Part shown: in pieces, positions 1-15,139 of the stretch
Layout: each line of letters opens with the position of its first letter
Position numbering within the stretch: the stretch's first letter is position 1
Source of the DNA: Cycas panzhihuaensis
Lineage: Eukaryota > Plantae > Cycadophyta
Length of the DNA stretch: 64,000 nt
Assembly (NCBI GenBank): GCA_023213395.1
Contig: CM041465.1
Coordinates: 189,727,741 to 189,791,740 of the forward strand
Direction of reading: 5' to 3'
The notes under the pieces: generated by a model
The model's database searches: none
What the model was told of the DNA's origin: nothing
Seen by the model: the letters and a program-made list of their open reading frames with translations, nothing else
Translations under genes and position numbers: made by a program

Positions 1-1499
1 TTTTTGCTCACACACCTACACACTAACATTGCATACTAAGATCACATATATATGCATACATTTCACTTATGGGGAGGTCTTGCTCTTTTGTATTATAGGT
101 TGGAGACCATTTCGCAAACAAAGCAACAAATCACAAAATAGTAATATTTTATTTATGTTATTCTTGTTTCTACTTTCTTTCCAATTCCATTGTTCTTGTC
201 TTATGTATTGTTTGGGGACGGTAAGTAAGCCCCATTTGGATGACAAGGGGAAGTTTAGGGAGCCCCCTCCTCTACCTTCAACAACTTTTGTGGTAAGGAA
301 TGACAACAAAAATGAAAATAACTTATGGAAATGATTTGTAAAGAGAGGCAACGAAGGAGCGCATGATTGTGGCACCAACCACCACATCCAGGTGCACACC
401 TTCATACACACCCCTCTCTTATCCTTTCATGCTCCTCCCTTATCCCCTTTACTTAGTTTACAAAGAAAAAAAAAAGGAAGAGAAAGTTCAAAGTGTTTGT
501 TTCCTTGGAATTATTTTCCTTTTTGCCGCATTGTTTAAGGGAAAGGAAATGGAATTGCATCATCATATTGCATGCATATAGGAAATGCTCATCACTTTTC
601 GTTTCCCTTAGTAAGCCCAATCCTCCACCTATTAAAGGGCAATCAACCCACACAAGGCATCACCTTGCATCCCATTATTTTCTCTTCCTCCCTCATTATT
701 CTTAGCTTGCATTACATTCATTTAAAAGAAAAAAAGAAGGCCAGGAACATTGATAGGAAAGGTTGTATATTTACTTTGCATGTCTGTTGTTGATATTGGT
801 TGTCACTTGTTTGTTTCTTTTGATAAAACTTGCATTGTGTCAAGGAGGAATGTCATCTTATTTATGATGAAATGCTCCTTTTGAAACCATAAGAGTTTTA
901 AAACTTGGAAATCTCTTAGGTCTTCTTGGTAACTTGAGAAGACTTCATAAATGGAATATTGAAGAATATCTGCAATTACCTTCCACTTCCCTTTGGGTTA
1001 TAACCTCACCCTAACTTCTCTCTTCCTTATCATTAAATAATAGTTTGCAACTTCATTACCCCTTGGTTGGTGGCAATATTCTCTCACCTTTGAGGTTTTA
1101 ACATCCTAAACCTCACCTCTCTCTAAACAAACTCCTAGACTTTGAGGAGGTCAATCAGAATTACCTTTCATTTTTGTCACCTCTCTTGTTCCTCTCTTGC
1201 TTACTTCCTTTCCTAAAAGGAGGTTAGCCCATCTTCTCTCTCCTTGAGAATAGGAGAGATCCCCCCTTATGCTATTTAGCTACCCGAGGATGCCTCTTTA
1301 CCGAAATCAAACCTAGGGAGGTACTTAGAAAGAAGGGAAAGTTATAACACTATTTGCAGGTCTGTGAACCTGTGTTATGACATGTAGATGCCCTTTTAAG
1401 GTAATCTATTCCTCCTTTTGAGGCCCTTAGACCCCTGTTGTAGTTATAGTATCAGCCTAAAAACTCTTATCCATAGTGACCCCCAGAGGTATGCTTTCA
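1..1499 (+). repeat. 3' part of a Tat-family LTR (solo or 3' LTR), same family as the element C LTR
   Basis: Reverse-complement similarity to 38258-39514 and 56110-56330 (e.g. gctatttgcaggtc...atagtgacccc). Ends ...ggtatgctttCA at 1499, like the other Tat LTR ends here. No PBS follows. Confidence 0.75.
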
Positions 1500-3159
1500 A
1501 CACCAAAGGCTAAACCATAGCCAAACACAAGCCAAAAGGGATGACAATCCACTTGGAATTTAGACTATTGTGAAAGAATAGGAAGAGAGAACTACTCTGA
1601 TAATGAGGAGATGCCCATGATTCACCTTAGCCTATCTCTTTGAAACCCCATAAAAGGGCTAATCTTTTAACCAAGATTCCAAGCTAAAAACAAGTACATG
1701 ATCACCACAAAAACCAATAGAAAGAGAGAGCAAATTCTGAGTAAAAGCCTTATTAATCGATAAAAGTATCAATCATTAGTAGATGATAGCATATATATAC
1801 ATCACACCATCATTCATCATACATCATTAACAAAATTAATACATTTATTCATCAAATCATGGCCTAACACATCATAAAATAAGTCCATCATCTATTTTTC
1901 TTTATGAAACCTTGCAAGAAATATATCAAAAGTATAAAAATAAATGAGGAGCTAGGTTTTGATGAAACAAATCCTAAGTGATCTAGGTTGTAATAGAAGG
2001 CTCTAAATTCCCACAGATATCCCCATCGGTATGAATGATCAATGCCATGGGGGTATGCAGTGATGACTCACGATAGGATCATTAAATGAAAGGAGATGGT
2101 AGAAATCAACCATCAACAAAAGAGGCTCAAGTAGGCATGTAAGTTTGATTAGAGTGATAAAAATGCATAGCCCTCAAGAATGACACTATACCAAAATCAC
2201 AAACTCCTCTAAAATCTAGCTAAAGTGGTAGCCATGGTAAGTAGGTTTCGATCATGGTTGAGATTGTAGAGGATCTAAATAACTAAATATGAAGACCTCA
2301 AATAGCCTACTCATCTAGATCCTAACTATAAACTATAAGTAGAGATGAATTCATCACATGACCTACCTCAAAGGTGATGTTAGATATCCCCCCTTAAAAC
2401 ATACTCTATTTTGTGTGTGTGTGTGTGTGTGTGCATGTGTATGTATATTCTCTCCTTTTTTCTTTGGTACCTTTTTGGGTTTTTTTTCTTTTTTTCTTTT
2501 TTGTAGTTTTAAGAGGGTATATATGTATATAATCACTTAGGTGGTGTGTGGTAGATGTGGAGGTGAGTAAGACCATGAGGGAGCTAAGAGAGGTGCCACA
2601 ATAGTAATATTTTAGCAGAACCAATGCCAAATAAAGAGCACTTAGTGAAGAGGTCAAATTATGGGATATAAAAGGTAAGTCACGTGATAATCCTGAGTAC
2701 TAATTGTAGGAAATATGTGGAGATGGGTCCTTTAGTGAGTGACCATGGAGAACTGAGACATTCACTATGATTGGGTACATGTGAGAGTCATCGTAAGTTC
2801 CCTTATCTAAGTTGTAGGTAGGACCAACCCAAGCCTAGGTGAAACTAGGGTGGTGAAATGATACAACTAATGAAATTCCATTTGATATAAATGATACGTG
2901 TGCTAATGGAAAGGGAGCCAAAGGCATCTAAGAACTTAGTGGAGTAGTAAGTAGGGTAGCACAAGGAACCTAGGAGCTAATGACATAGTTAAAAGAGGCC
3001 AAAGACTACAAAACATTGAGCTAAGGGAATGAATAGGGTATAGGAGATAACTAGTAAAGGTAATAATGATAATAAAAAAGGGAGGTCAAATGGTATCTAA
3101 CAAGTGGAAGGCCATCATAGGTGTTAAATCAATAATGAGTGTAAAAAAATAATCTTGTA

Positions 3160-3471
3160 TATTGGGTGTAATACCCAATTACATAAATTAACCCTATGTA
3201 ATCTCTCTCTCTCTATATTATTTGTATTTTTATTAGAGGTTATGGGCCACATAGAGATGTGTGTCACCTCTAAGTTGACCAATGGGGTTCTCTTGATAAT
3301 GGTGAGATTGTACTATAAGTATGTACTTTCTCATTCTCTCTAATTTGAATTTTGGCTAATTCTCCATATATAGTGTTCATTTATATACATACTTCATCTT
3401 ACTTATATTCTATTACTTTATCTTTTACTCACTATTAGATATTGTATATATTGCATTTTCATTTCTTAACA
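3160..3471 (+). repeat. 5' LTR of the small Met-primed element
   Basis: Direct repeat of 6243-6554, followed by the Met PBS. Confidence 0.9.
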
Positions 3472-6242
3472 TGGTATTAGAGCCCAAGGTTCAATTCTTC
3501 AGGGCATCATTGTAATCCTTTAGCACATATTATCCTTTATTCTTGTTATTCTTTTGAGGAACCTATATTATGCCTATATTGTGACCTACTTTTAAAGGTT
3601 TATTTCAACTTATGAAAAACCAACATGGTGTATACTTTTTAAAGGGTTTTTGTTAAATATTTGGGGCTACTTTTGTTATTTTAAAGGGCTATTTTTTTAG
3701 GCTATTAAGAGCTGTTAAAAGTTCTATTTTTGATGTTTTTTTAGGCTATTGAAGGTGTTTTGAAGATGTTGTAGATTAGTTATTCATGTAAGACTAGTCA
3801 CCCTATATAAACAACTTATTTGCCATCATCAAAGAGGAGTTTTGTATGAATATATAGTTGGTGTAAAATAGTCTCTTCATATGCTAGTAGGCAAATTTCA
3901 ATGGAGTTATTAGCATCAATTAAGTGAGTCCTTTTTGGATATCTAGAAGTCAAAAAATAACTCCATATTTTGAATAAAAAAAATATTGTGCAGTTTTTTT
4001 ATGAGGATATATTTTTGTATTATTTTTATATATTTAGAAAAAAATAAAAATAAAAAAATAAAAAATATTGCTAATTTTCTTGCTATAGTCTGGTGTTTGA
4101 TGAACTTTTAGATTGTGCCTATATAGTTACTTGCCCTCTACTTAAAGTTGCTAAGTTAGTAACACAACTGGATCTCATGGAATACTCTGCAATCAACTTC
4201 AAGAATGAAAAACATTTGGTGCATAGCAACTTCATTGGACTGTCATACACTATTAGATCTGATGGTGCTAAATGATAGGCATTATAGGCTTACCTATTTT
4301 TTTATAGTCTAGATTAATGTTTTTCTTTCCAGAATCACCACAATGGGTCTTTGTAAAGAATAATCAAGTTGAATCCATTACAACTCTAGAAAAAATATAT
4401 GAACTAGCTCGACTAAATAGTGAAATTAGAGAGCTTTAGGAGAGGGACTCTCAGGAAAACATAGGATACTTTGATTTGCTTTCCATCTCAGCTTGGGTTT
4501 TCTTATAGTATTTCTTCCAATGCTCCAGGTAAATTGGCTTCTTAAGGTAATGTTGACAAATAGGTAGCCTTTACTTCAATAATCTAGTTTAAAGCCTCCT
4601 TCACTTTGTCATAGGTTGTGCATGAGGAAGTAAGTGCACACTAGAATAGGGTTGCATTTAAGATCTGGTGGATAGGGTTTAGATGTAATACCTAATAAGA
4701 ATCCAAGAGATTTGACATGGAATTTAAAATTTTTTCAGAGTTAATGTTCCTACAAAAGTACATCAATTGTGACACTAACAAATCTACAACATAAATTTAT
4801 GCAACCAAAATAGAATAATGGCAAGTTGATTTAGCGAGAATGGTCACCCTCACTTGTAAACCTGCAATCTCAGAAATCAATAGTGTAAAGATAAAACTTT
4901 AGTAGCTCTGCAACCTTGATGAAGAATCCATGATGACCTCTCATCACCATCGATATCCCTACAATCTCAAATTCATGGAAAATTGACCTACATCAGCTCA
5001 TTCTTGGCAGTCATCTATGAAGAAACCCTCTGTGCTGCCACAGATTCCTTGCCTCCTTACATAATAATAGTGACCCTATATATCAATGGTGGCTATTCAC
5101 AAATGATATTTAGAACCCTAAATCTTTAGGGTTATCATAATCGATGTTTTGATAATATTTTTTTTTTGGTGTTTTTTTTAAAATTGAGGTAGATGTAAAA
5201 TCCTGTTGAAATGAGATTTATACATTTTTTACAAATTTAAAATTATATTTAACTATATTGGACATTTATTTCAGGTCCATTCAACCCCTTATCAGCTTAA
5301 CCTTTAGTCATATGAATGTGTTATTTGACTGTATATTTGTTAGTTAAAGGGGCTACCCCCCTATTTTTAACTTTTATAGAGTACTGATAATTTTGATGAT
5401 ATCTTAAGATAGGAGACTTTGTTTTTGCTCCCATCTATTGCGTTGGATTTGTACAGAGAGATCTTTCATTTGGCAGGCCATTTGACACTTTTTAGAGATA
5501 TTTTGATGTAGATCATTTAGCTTAGAGTTCAAAGTTTTTGTTAAATCTTCATCTTCATACTTTTAGCTTCTTTAGGTACTTTCATATAATTCTTAAGGTT
5601 TCATACTATTTATTAATGTAATATACCCCAAATGGGGCGGATAACATGTACCAAAGTTTAATTTTTTACCTCTTGAGAACCCATCGAGTTTTGAACTTTA
5701 TTATATGAGAGAGATTCATTCATGTAACAATTTAAGTCACATTTATTATTTTTTAGTCATGTGAAAATATTTATTGCTGATTATTTTGCCCATGGTGGCA
5801 TGTTGTAAAGCCCAAAGAGGTATTTTTTTAGCCCATGTGGTGATTTAAGGCCATATATCCTATTGTGTTTTTGGCCATCAGATGCCAAAGAAGTGATAGT
5901 CCTATTTAGTAAGAGGTAGGACATTTTTGGGAGCTACTCTTTCCACTTGCATATTTTTCACTTAAAGACTACTTGTATTCCCATATAACCAAGGGGTGGA
6001 ATCACTTTACAGCTACTCTTACTAGTACTAATGGTACCATATACATAAAAGGAGTTCCTACTCAACTAGCAGTTGTAGTGGCTAGTGACCTAAACATTTC
6101 GATAGATGGACTTCACTTCATATGAACATGAGTAGCTCACATGTTCTAACGCAGTAGGTTTTCATCCAACATACTTTTAAAGACTCAAGCTTTATTATTT
6201 GATATAACAATCATTTATGTAATTGACTATTATAGAGAGGAA

Positions 6243-6554
6243 TATTAAGTGTAATGCCTAATTACATAAATTACCCCTATGTAATCTCTCTCTCTCTATA
6301 TTATTTATATTTTTATTAGAGGTTGTGGGCCACATGGAGATGTGTGCTATCTCTAAGTTGACCAATAGGGTTCTCTTATTAATGGTGATCATGTACTATA
6401 AGTATGTACTTTTTCATTCTCTCTAATATGAGTTTTAGCCAATTCTCCATATATGGTATTCATTTGTGTACATATTTGATCTTACTTATATTTTATTGCT
6501 TTATTTTTTACTCACCATTAGATGTTATGTATATTTCATCTTTAATTCTTAACA
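6243..6554 (+). repeat. 3' LTR of the small Met-primed element
   Basis: Direct repeat of 3160-3471, preceded by a PPT. Confidence 0.9.
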
Positions 6555-6968
6555 CATGGACTATAAACATGAATAAGAGATGAGGCGGGCAATTTAGGTG
6601 TAAAAAAATCTCACTCAAGAAGAAAAAGGGTTATCAATGATGTGTGTCAAATGGCAACAAAATGGGAGTTAGGCACGAGAAGGGCCATTAGCTCTAATAG
6701 ATATGATAATAATGTTTAGGATGGCCATGATAGTAATGTAGTCCTAAGGAAAAGAATGGGGAGCAAAATGACACCTAAACGAGAGGGGAGGGGCCCTCTT
6801 TATATTCAAATTTCTTAAGAATTTCAATTTCATTTTCATTGTCACTCATAGGATTTCCATGAAATCCTACTCTACCCCTATAATTTCCTTTGACTTTGTG
6901 AGCTCATAGTAAGAGATCTGGTAGCTAGATTACTGAGCAGATGGAGCCATTAAGATCATGCTAATGCC

Positions 6969-9480
6969 ATTGCTATAGTTCACCTAGATCCAGTGAGTGG
7001 ATTTGATTTATTTATCATAAGGTAGAATGAGGATAAATAAGGCCCAATTGGGGCCCCATTTTAGGCTAGACCAGGGCATCTTAGTGCCCTGGTCCTGATG
7101 GGCCAACTACTACCCCTAAAAGGTAATTTTTTTATTTAGTTTTTATAGTGTAGGGGTGGTTTGTTATATACCATAACAAAGTTTATATTACCATAAAATT
7201 TACAGTGGTACTACAAATTACCTTGAGAAATTATAATAGTACCACAGAGTTATTTATGGTATTACAAATAACTTTGTAGTACATATAGATTATTAATAAA
7301 AAAAAAGTATTTTTGTTCTTAAAATATTGATTAGATTTAGACTTTTAGGTTTCTAGTCTATGATAGGTATATATTAGGCTCTAATGACTGATTTACAAGT
7401 CTTGTGTATCTTTTAAGTTATTATTATGATTGATAATCATAAGAACATAGGTACACCCATATTGGGCTTAGCCAATCTGATGATGGCTTAGGATCAGGAG
7501 GTGCTAAGAAGGTGTAGGCTTTTGAGGGTTATTATGATACATTAGTATGTGTTAGATCTAGCCCTCCTTATAAACATTGTATTATGTATCATATTACACT
7601 GGGATAGGAGGAGGTAGGTTTTTCACCTACCAACAATATGAGATTTAGTGATTATTGCCAGTGACATCAAGAGGGGGCTACCTATGACAGGGGCACTTCC
7701 TGAGCTAGGAATCCTACCCAATAATGTGGATTCCCACTAGGTAGTTACAAGGTATTTCTATAGTAGGGGGCACTGGGACTAGCAAGGAGAGTCAATGAGG
7801 AAGATCATGACGATAATTGTAAGTTTATCATTTTGGATATTCTATTCTAGATATCTTGGCAATAGATCATTTTTGCTATTCTATTCTAGATATCTTGGCA
7901 ACAAAATTATTGTGAGGTCCCTAGAGGATGGATGGGTACTATTTTCCAATGTGAGGATGGGAAGAGGCTAGACTGGGTGGACCCTCTAGTGGCTGACATA
8001 CGAACCTAGCTAGATTAGATTTGGGTAACTAAGCATAGAGGATTTTCCTATTGCTCCACCATGTAGTGTTGGTTTTTTTATCACTTTCATGAAGAGGGAC
8101 CTATTATTAGGGTGTAGTTAGTAGTATCAAGCAGACCATTGATTCATAGGTGGCCATCATATTTCCAGAGCTTAAGAGAGCCCGAGTAGGTCAGGCAATT
8201 AGTGGATGTAACTTCCTTGGAGTTGATAACCCTAGATGACTATGTGAGGCATTCCTATCGAGGGGCCCACTAAGACAGTGATGAAAAAGGGGATGGAGGC
8301 ATGATAGGCCTAACAATAGAGAGCAAAGAGGAGGTAGAAGAAGGAGAAGGGACCACCAAAGAGGATGAGGAGGAGTCAAAGGCTTCTAAGGCTGAGGAGG
8401 CACATGATGCCAGTATAGAGGTTAGTCAATGAGGAGCCTAAGGGGTAGCACTAGCTCTAGGGGTTGCCCCTTAAAGAGGTATTACCCTTTGACTCTTGAT
8501 TTTAGCCCATTGTAGTTATTTTTATTATTTGATTATATGTTGGTTTCATATGGACTTGTTACTAATATATGGACTTGTTAATTAGCATAAGAGGGTATTA
8601 TGATAGAGTTTATCAACATGCTTAACATTGAGTTATTTCTTATAGTGCATACAGAGGGCCAACCTCCCATAATAGATAATGGGGAGCTAGCATCAATACA
8701 TCCTTATATAGTAGCATTTTCCCCCTTATTAAGGGTAAGGGAGATGTGGATAACTGAAGTCCACAAGCTTCGATCATAGATAGACCAGTTCTAGACTAAG
8801 AGGAACTTTTTCTAAGTGGAGAGGGACCAACTACAGGTAGAGTAGGTCTAGATATAATCTTAGATTAGGGAGTTGGATCCACGCAGAGTATGAGTGATGC
8901 CTCTGGTTTCCATAACTCCCATATAAGTGACTCCTAGTGTAAAGATATAGACCATTATACTAGAAATGTGACTATAATAGGTCTAGGGGGAGAGGGATTA
9001 ACTCTAATCTAGGTACGACTAACTAGTAGAGCAAATGGTATCCCATTCATCAAGGACCCCTATCATAATGACCACATAGTGATAGTAGAGAGAGGAGTGC
9101 TATCCACAAGATGAGGGGAGTGAAGGATCATCACCGAATCCAATATGGTTGCTTAACCCATAAATATTAGCATCCTTTTATTTTGATCACTCCTCCCAGT
9201 TAGGGAGTCAATTTGGGAGAGCCATATATAAATTAGGGATATTTTGTTGGTTCCAAAGATGACACTATCCTTTAAAAGTACCCTCTTATTAATGCCCCCT
9301 CCCACCCCCACTCAAGTCAAAGGTGAAGTGCTAGTTCTATCTTTTCATTTAGGGGGGAATTTTTTGACAAAGGCCAAAATGCCATTGTATATCGAAAAGG
9401 TCTGCTTCCATCTCTCAGGAGCTTAGAGGGTACTTGGACCCCCCATACTAGAGGATACTATAACTAGGGGATGACACCAA
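6969..9480 (+). pseudogene. Decayed PMD/coiled-coil accessory gene copy (left arm)
   Basis: Exon 1 6969-6992 (start decayed to ATT) followed by GTGAGT. Exon 2 from 7417 reads VIIMIDNHKNIG...LHWDRRR*VFHLP. Donor at 8479. 3' end approximate. Confidence 0.75.
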
Positions 9481-9620
9481 TTAAGAGCATGGGGGGTGGT
9501 TGCATTTTGTACTTTGTAGAGAAAAGTTAGGCCTATAGGGGTATAGAGTTTATGTAGATGATTATATACCCCTCTAAGGACCCCAACTTCCTTATAGAAT
9601 AGAACATCCCTATCCAAATG

Positions 9621-9626
<6 letters not shown>

Positions 9627-9719
<93 letters not shown>

Positions 9720-9750
9720 GTGTGTATGTATGTATGTATGTATATACACA
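9627..9750. repeat. Compound (GT)n(AT)n(ATGT)n microsatellite
   Basis: Read directly from the sequence. Confidence 0.97.
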
Positions 9751-10444
9751 CGTGTATATAGGGACCAATTGGTACCCTATCATTTTTATATCTTTAATGT
9801 ATTTGTTGTGTGGATATATCTTTACACGTTTCATCATTCCTACATGTCTATATGCTTATTTATATATGTTTAGCATGACATATCTTGTGTATGGCATCAT
9901 AGCTCACATACTAAGTACACCCATACAATCCACATGAAATGACATCACATGATTGATTACTAATTTATACTCATGGAGGAGTTCTACACCCCCCATTATA
10001 GGGTTGATCTCATCACCAAACAACAATAGTAGGAGCCGAGTCTTGATAGTCATAAGACACACTATCAAGACTCAACTCCTACTATAGTCCCTCCAATATG
10101 ACGCTTGGACACCTTCAGCTTGGATACAAATGTATCCTCATAAGGCACCCTGCCAAGACCCATCTCCTACCATTCCTAGCTGGTGATAAGATCAACCTCA
10201 TAATGGGGGCCATGGGACCTGTCCATGAGTATAAACTAGTAACTAATCATATGATATTTTTTCATGTGGACTGTGTGTGTATGCTTAGTGTGTGAGTTAT
10301 GATGCCGTATACAAGAGTATATGTCAATCTAAAAATATATAAATAAGCATGTATACATACGAGAATGATGATATATACAAAGATATATCTACATAATAAG
10401 TACATTGAAGATATAAATATGATGGGGTATTAATTAGTCTGCAT

Positions 10445-11172
<728 letters not shown>

Positions 11173-11329
11173 TAAGAATGGAATATAATATAGATAGCTA
11201 TGCTATATCCTATAAGGAAGCTAGGGTCCTTATAGGGATGTACAATCATATACACAATCTCTGGACCCTTGGAGGCTTGATTTTCCTCTATAAAATATAA
11301 ATTGCAAATACCCCTCCATGCCCTCAAGG

Positions 11330-13587
11330 GATGTCATCCTCTACTTATGGTCTCCTTCACATCAGGGGAGCCCAAGTACCCCCTATGATCCTCCTTAGCC
11401 ACTATGAAGGCCTGACCACACACCCCTCATCCTATGGACAACCCTCCTCCCTCTAGCATCACTATGTAATCATCATGGTATGGGTCCTTAATGAATGGGT
11501 TGCCATTTTCTCTACTAGTTGGTCATACCTAGACTAGAGTTGATCCCTCTTCCCTTAGACCTCCTGTAGCTATGTCTTTAGTATAACAATTTATACCTAT
11601 ATGTTAAGAGCCATCTATATAAGAATTATGGAAATCAAAGGCATTACCCCTACTTTGCATGCCTCTAACTCCTTAATCTGAGCCTAGTGCTAGACTTGTT
11701 CTACCTATAACTAGTCCCTATCTACCTAGAAAATTTTCTTCTCAGTTTAGAGTTGATCCCTCTGTGACTGAAGCTTGTGGACTTTAGCTGCCTACATCTA
11801 CCTCACCCTCAACAAGGGGGCAAATACTATTGTATAAGGACTTGTTGATGCTATCTCCCCACTATCTATTATGGGAGGTTGGCCCTATGCATGCACCATA
11901 GGAAATAGCTTGATAATAATCCTACTAATAAGCTACATTGTAATATCCTCTCTTACTAATTAACAAGTTCATGTATCAGTAATAAGTCCATATAAAACTA
12001 GCATATAATCAAACTACAAAATTAGCTATAATAGGTTGAAATCAAAAGGCAAAGGATAATACCTCTCTAAGGGGTCTCCCTTGGAGCTGGTGTTGCCTCC
12101 TAGCCTCCTCCCTAACTAACCTCTATACTGGCATCATATGCCTCCTCATCTCGAGCAACCTTTGCCTCATCTTCATGCCCTTTAGTATCTCCTTCTCCCT
12201 GTTGTACCTCCTCTTTGGCCTTTGTTATTGGCCTTGTCATGCCTCCATCCCCTTCCTCATTATTGTCCTAGTAGACACCCTAATTAAGATGCCTCATATA
12301 GTCATCTAGGGTTAGCAACTCTAATGAATCCACATCTACTGATTGCCTAACCTACTCATACATTCCTAAGCTTTAGAAATATAACAACCACTTATGAATC
12401 AATGGGCCACTTAGTGCTATGGGCTACGGCCTAGTAATAGGTCACACTCCACAAAAGTGGTAAGAAAACCAACATTGTAGGATGGAGCAATAGGAAAATC
12501 CTCCATGCCCAATCACTTGAATATGATCTAGTTAAGCTTACACGTTGGCCACTATAAGGGCCACCTAGTCCAACCTCTCCCCATCCTTGTATTGGCATAT
12601 AGTGCCCATCCATCCTCTAAGGACCTCTTGATAATTCTATTACCAAGATATCTAGAATAGAATAATAAAAATGATCAACTTCCTCGTGCAAGGAATAGTT
12701 TTTATCATGATCTTCCTCACTAACCCTCTTTACTGGTCCTAGTGTCCCATGTTATAAAAATACCTTGTAGTTTCCTAGTGGGTATCCTTAGTATAGGGTA
12801 GGATTCCTAACTCATGAGGTACTCCTCTCCTAGGTAGCCTTAGAATCCTCTTGATGTTATTGGTAGTGATTTTCAAATCCCCTACTATTGGCAAGAGAAA
12901 AACTCACTTCCTCCCATCCTAGTGTGATATGATGCCTATAACAAGGGCATGATCTAACATATACTGACACATCATGATAATCCTCAATAGCCCACACCTT
13001 CTTAGCACCTCTCAATCCTAGGCCATCATTAGATTAGCCAAGCCCAACATAGGCATACCTATGTTCCTTATAATTATTAATTATAATAACAACCTAAAAG
13101 ACACACAAAACTCACATAAATCAATCATTATAGCTTAAAACCTTCCTATCATAGACTAGCAACCTAAACTATATCTAACAAATATTTTAATGAGATTTTT
13201 TTTTAAATTAATAATCTATCTGTACTACAAAGTTATTTATTGTACCATAAATAGCTCTATACTATCGTAGGAATTTCTTAAGATAGTTTTTGGCATTGTT
13301 GTAAACTTTATGATACCATAAATTTTACTATAGTATGCAACAAACCACCCCTACAATATAAAAAATAAATCAAAAAATTACTTTTTGGTCCTAGTAGTTG
13401 GCCCATAAGGACTAGGGCACTAAGATTCCCTTGTCTAGCCCAAAATGGGGCCCCAAATTGGCCCTATTTGGCCTCATTCTACTTAAATAAGCACAACCCA
13501 TCTACAAAAAAATGCATATTAACAAAAACCTAAAAATATAAGCAATAGATTAGATCCACTCATTAGATTCAGATGCACTATAGCCAT
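11330..13587 (-). pseudogene. Decayed PMD/coiled-coil accessory gene copy (right arm)
   Basis: ATG GCT ATA GTG CAT CTG AAT CTA at 13587, then a decayed donor (atgagt). Acceptor ttttag near 13095. Reverse-complement homolog of 6969-9480. Confidence 0.75.
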
Positions 13588-14694
13588 GGCATCAACACGG
13601 TCCCAATAACTATGTTTACTTAATAATATGATGGTTGGATTTCTCCTTACAAGCTTGCAAAGCTAAAGGAAAATGTGGGGCAAAGTCAGTTTTTACAAAA
13701 ATCCTACAAGGAATGGTAAAAATGAAATTAAAATTTTTAAAAAACCTAAATATATGGAGGGCCTCTCCTCTCTCATTCATGTGTCATTTTTCCCCCCATT
13801 CTTTTCCTTAGGACTACATTACTAACATGGCCATCTTAGACACCATTATCATATCTATTTGGGCCAATGGTCCTTCTCATACCTGGCTCCCATTTTATTG
13901 CTAGTTGACACACATCATTGATGATCTTTTTTCTCCCTAGGTGAGCCTTATTTGCTCCTAGATCCCCAACCTCACCTCCTATCAATATTTACAGTTTACA
14001 AGATCTTTTTTTCACCCTCATTACTAATTTAATATCCATGATAGCCTTCCACTTGTCAAATACCATTTAACCCCCTATTTTTCATTATCTTTATTACCTT
14101 TATTGGTAAGCCCTTACACCTTGTTTATGCCCTTAGCCTAGCTTTTCATAGCCTCTGGCCTCCTTCAACTATGTCATCAGCTCCTAGGTTCCTCATGCTA
14201 CCCTACTCACTACCCCATTAAGTTCTTAGATGCCTTTGGCTCCCCTTCCATTAGCACATGTACCATTTATGCCAAATAGTATTTTGCTAGTTATTGTATC
14301 ATTTCTCCACATCGGTTCTATATGGGATTGGGTTAGTTCTACCTATATCTTAGACAAGAGAACCTATGATAACTCTTACATACCCCCAGTCATAGTAGAT
14401 GTCTTAGTTTTTTATGATCACTCACCAGAGGACCCTACTTTATATATCTCCTATAATCGACACTTAGGATTATCATGTGACTTACACTTTATATCCTGCA
14501 GTTTGATCTCTTTACCAGGTTCTCTTTGTTTAGAATTGGTTCTATTAAAATACTATTATTGCAATAACTCTCTCAGCTCCCTCATGGTTTGACTTACCTC
14601 TACATCTACCTCACATAACCCAAGTGATTATATATGTATATGCCCTCTTAAAACTATAAAAAAGAAAAAAGAAAAAAGAGTCAAAAAGGGTTCC

Positions 14695-14698
<4 letters not shown>

Positions 14699-14733
<35 letters not shown>

Positions 14734-14765
14734 TATCTATCTATCTATCTATCTATATATATAGA
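14699..14765. repeat. (GA)n plus (TATC)n microsatellite
   Basis: Read directly. Confidence 0.95.
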
Positions 14766-15139
14766 TAAAGTAGAGTACATTTTAAGGGGACATATCTACC
14801 ACCACCTTCTTAGCATCCAGGGTAAGTTACATGACAGCCTTATTTCCGCTTATGGTTTATAGTTGGGATGTAAATAAGTGGGCTATTTGGGATCTTTGAA
14901 TCTGGTTATTTGGACCTACCATAGTCTCAACCATGATCAAAACCCACTTAGTATGGCTACCACTTTGGGTAGATTTTAGAGGTGCTTACAATCCTAGTAT
15001 AGGATCATTCCCAAGGGCTAAGCATTCCTACCACTCTAGTTAGACTTACATGCCTACTTAAGCCTCTTTTGTTGATTGTTGATTTTTACCATCTCCCTCC
15101 ATTTAGTAATCCCATCCTAAGTGATCACTGCATACCCCT

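Larger units (their letters stand above)
3160..6554 (+). mobile_element. Non-autonomous LTR retrotransposon (312 bp LTRs, tRNA-iMet primed, Copia-like ends)
   Basis: Direct repeats 3160-3471 and 6243-6554 ending ttcttaaCA. PBS tggtattagagc at 3472. Purine run agagaggaa precedes the 3' LTR. The flanks rejoin to match the right arm near 13990. No recognisable pol; TSD is degenerate. Confidence 0.85.
1971..10050 (-). mobile_element. Degenerate 3' internal fragment of a Tat element (left arm of the inverted repeat), interrupted by 3160-6554
   Basis: Collinear reverse-complement match to 10140-15217. Contains the aRH N-terminus (ATG at 2048, minus strand, MALIIHTDGDICGNLEP) and a PMD gene copy. 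Confidence 0.85.

Noticed and set aside
1500-1970. Unassigned segment between the first LTR and the left arm
   Set aside because: No ORF, terminus or in-window homolog that I can support.
7827-7903. 39 bp tandem duplication in the left-arm PMD copy
   Set aside because: Absent from the other copies; ordinary post-insertion slippage.
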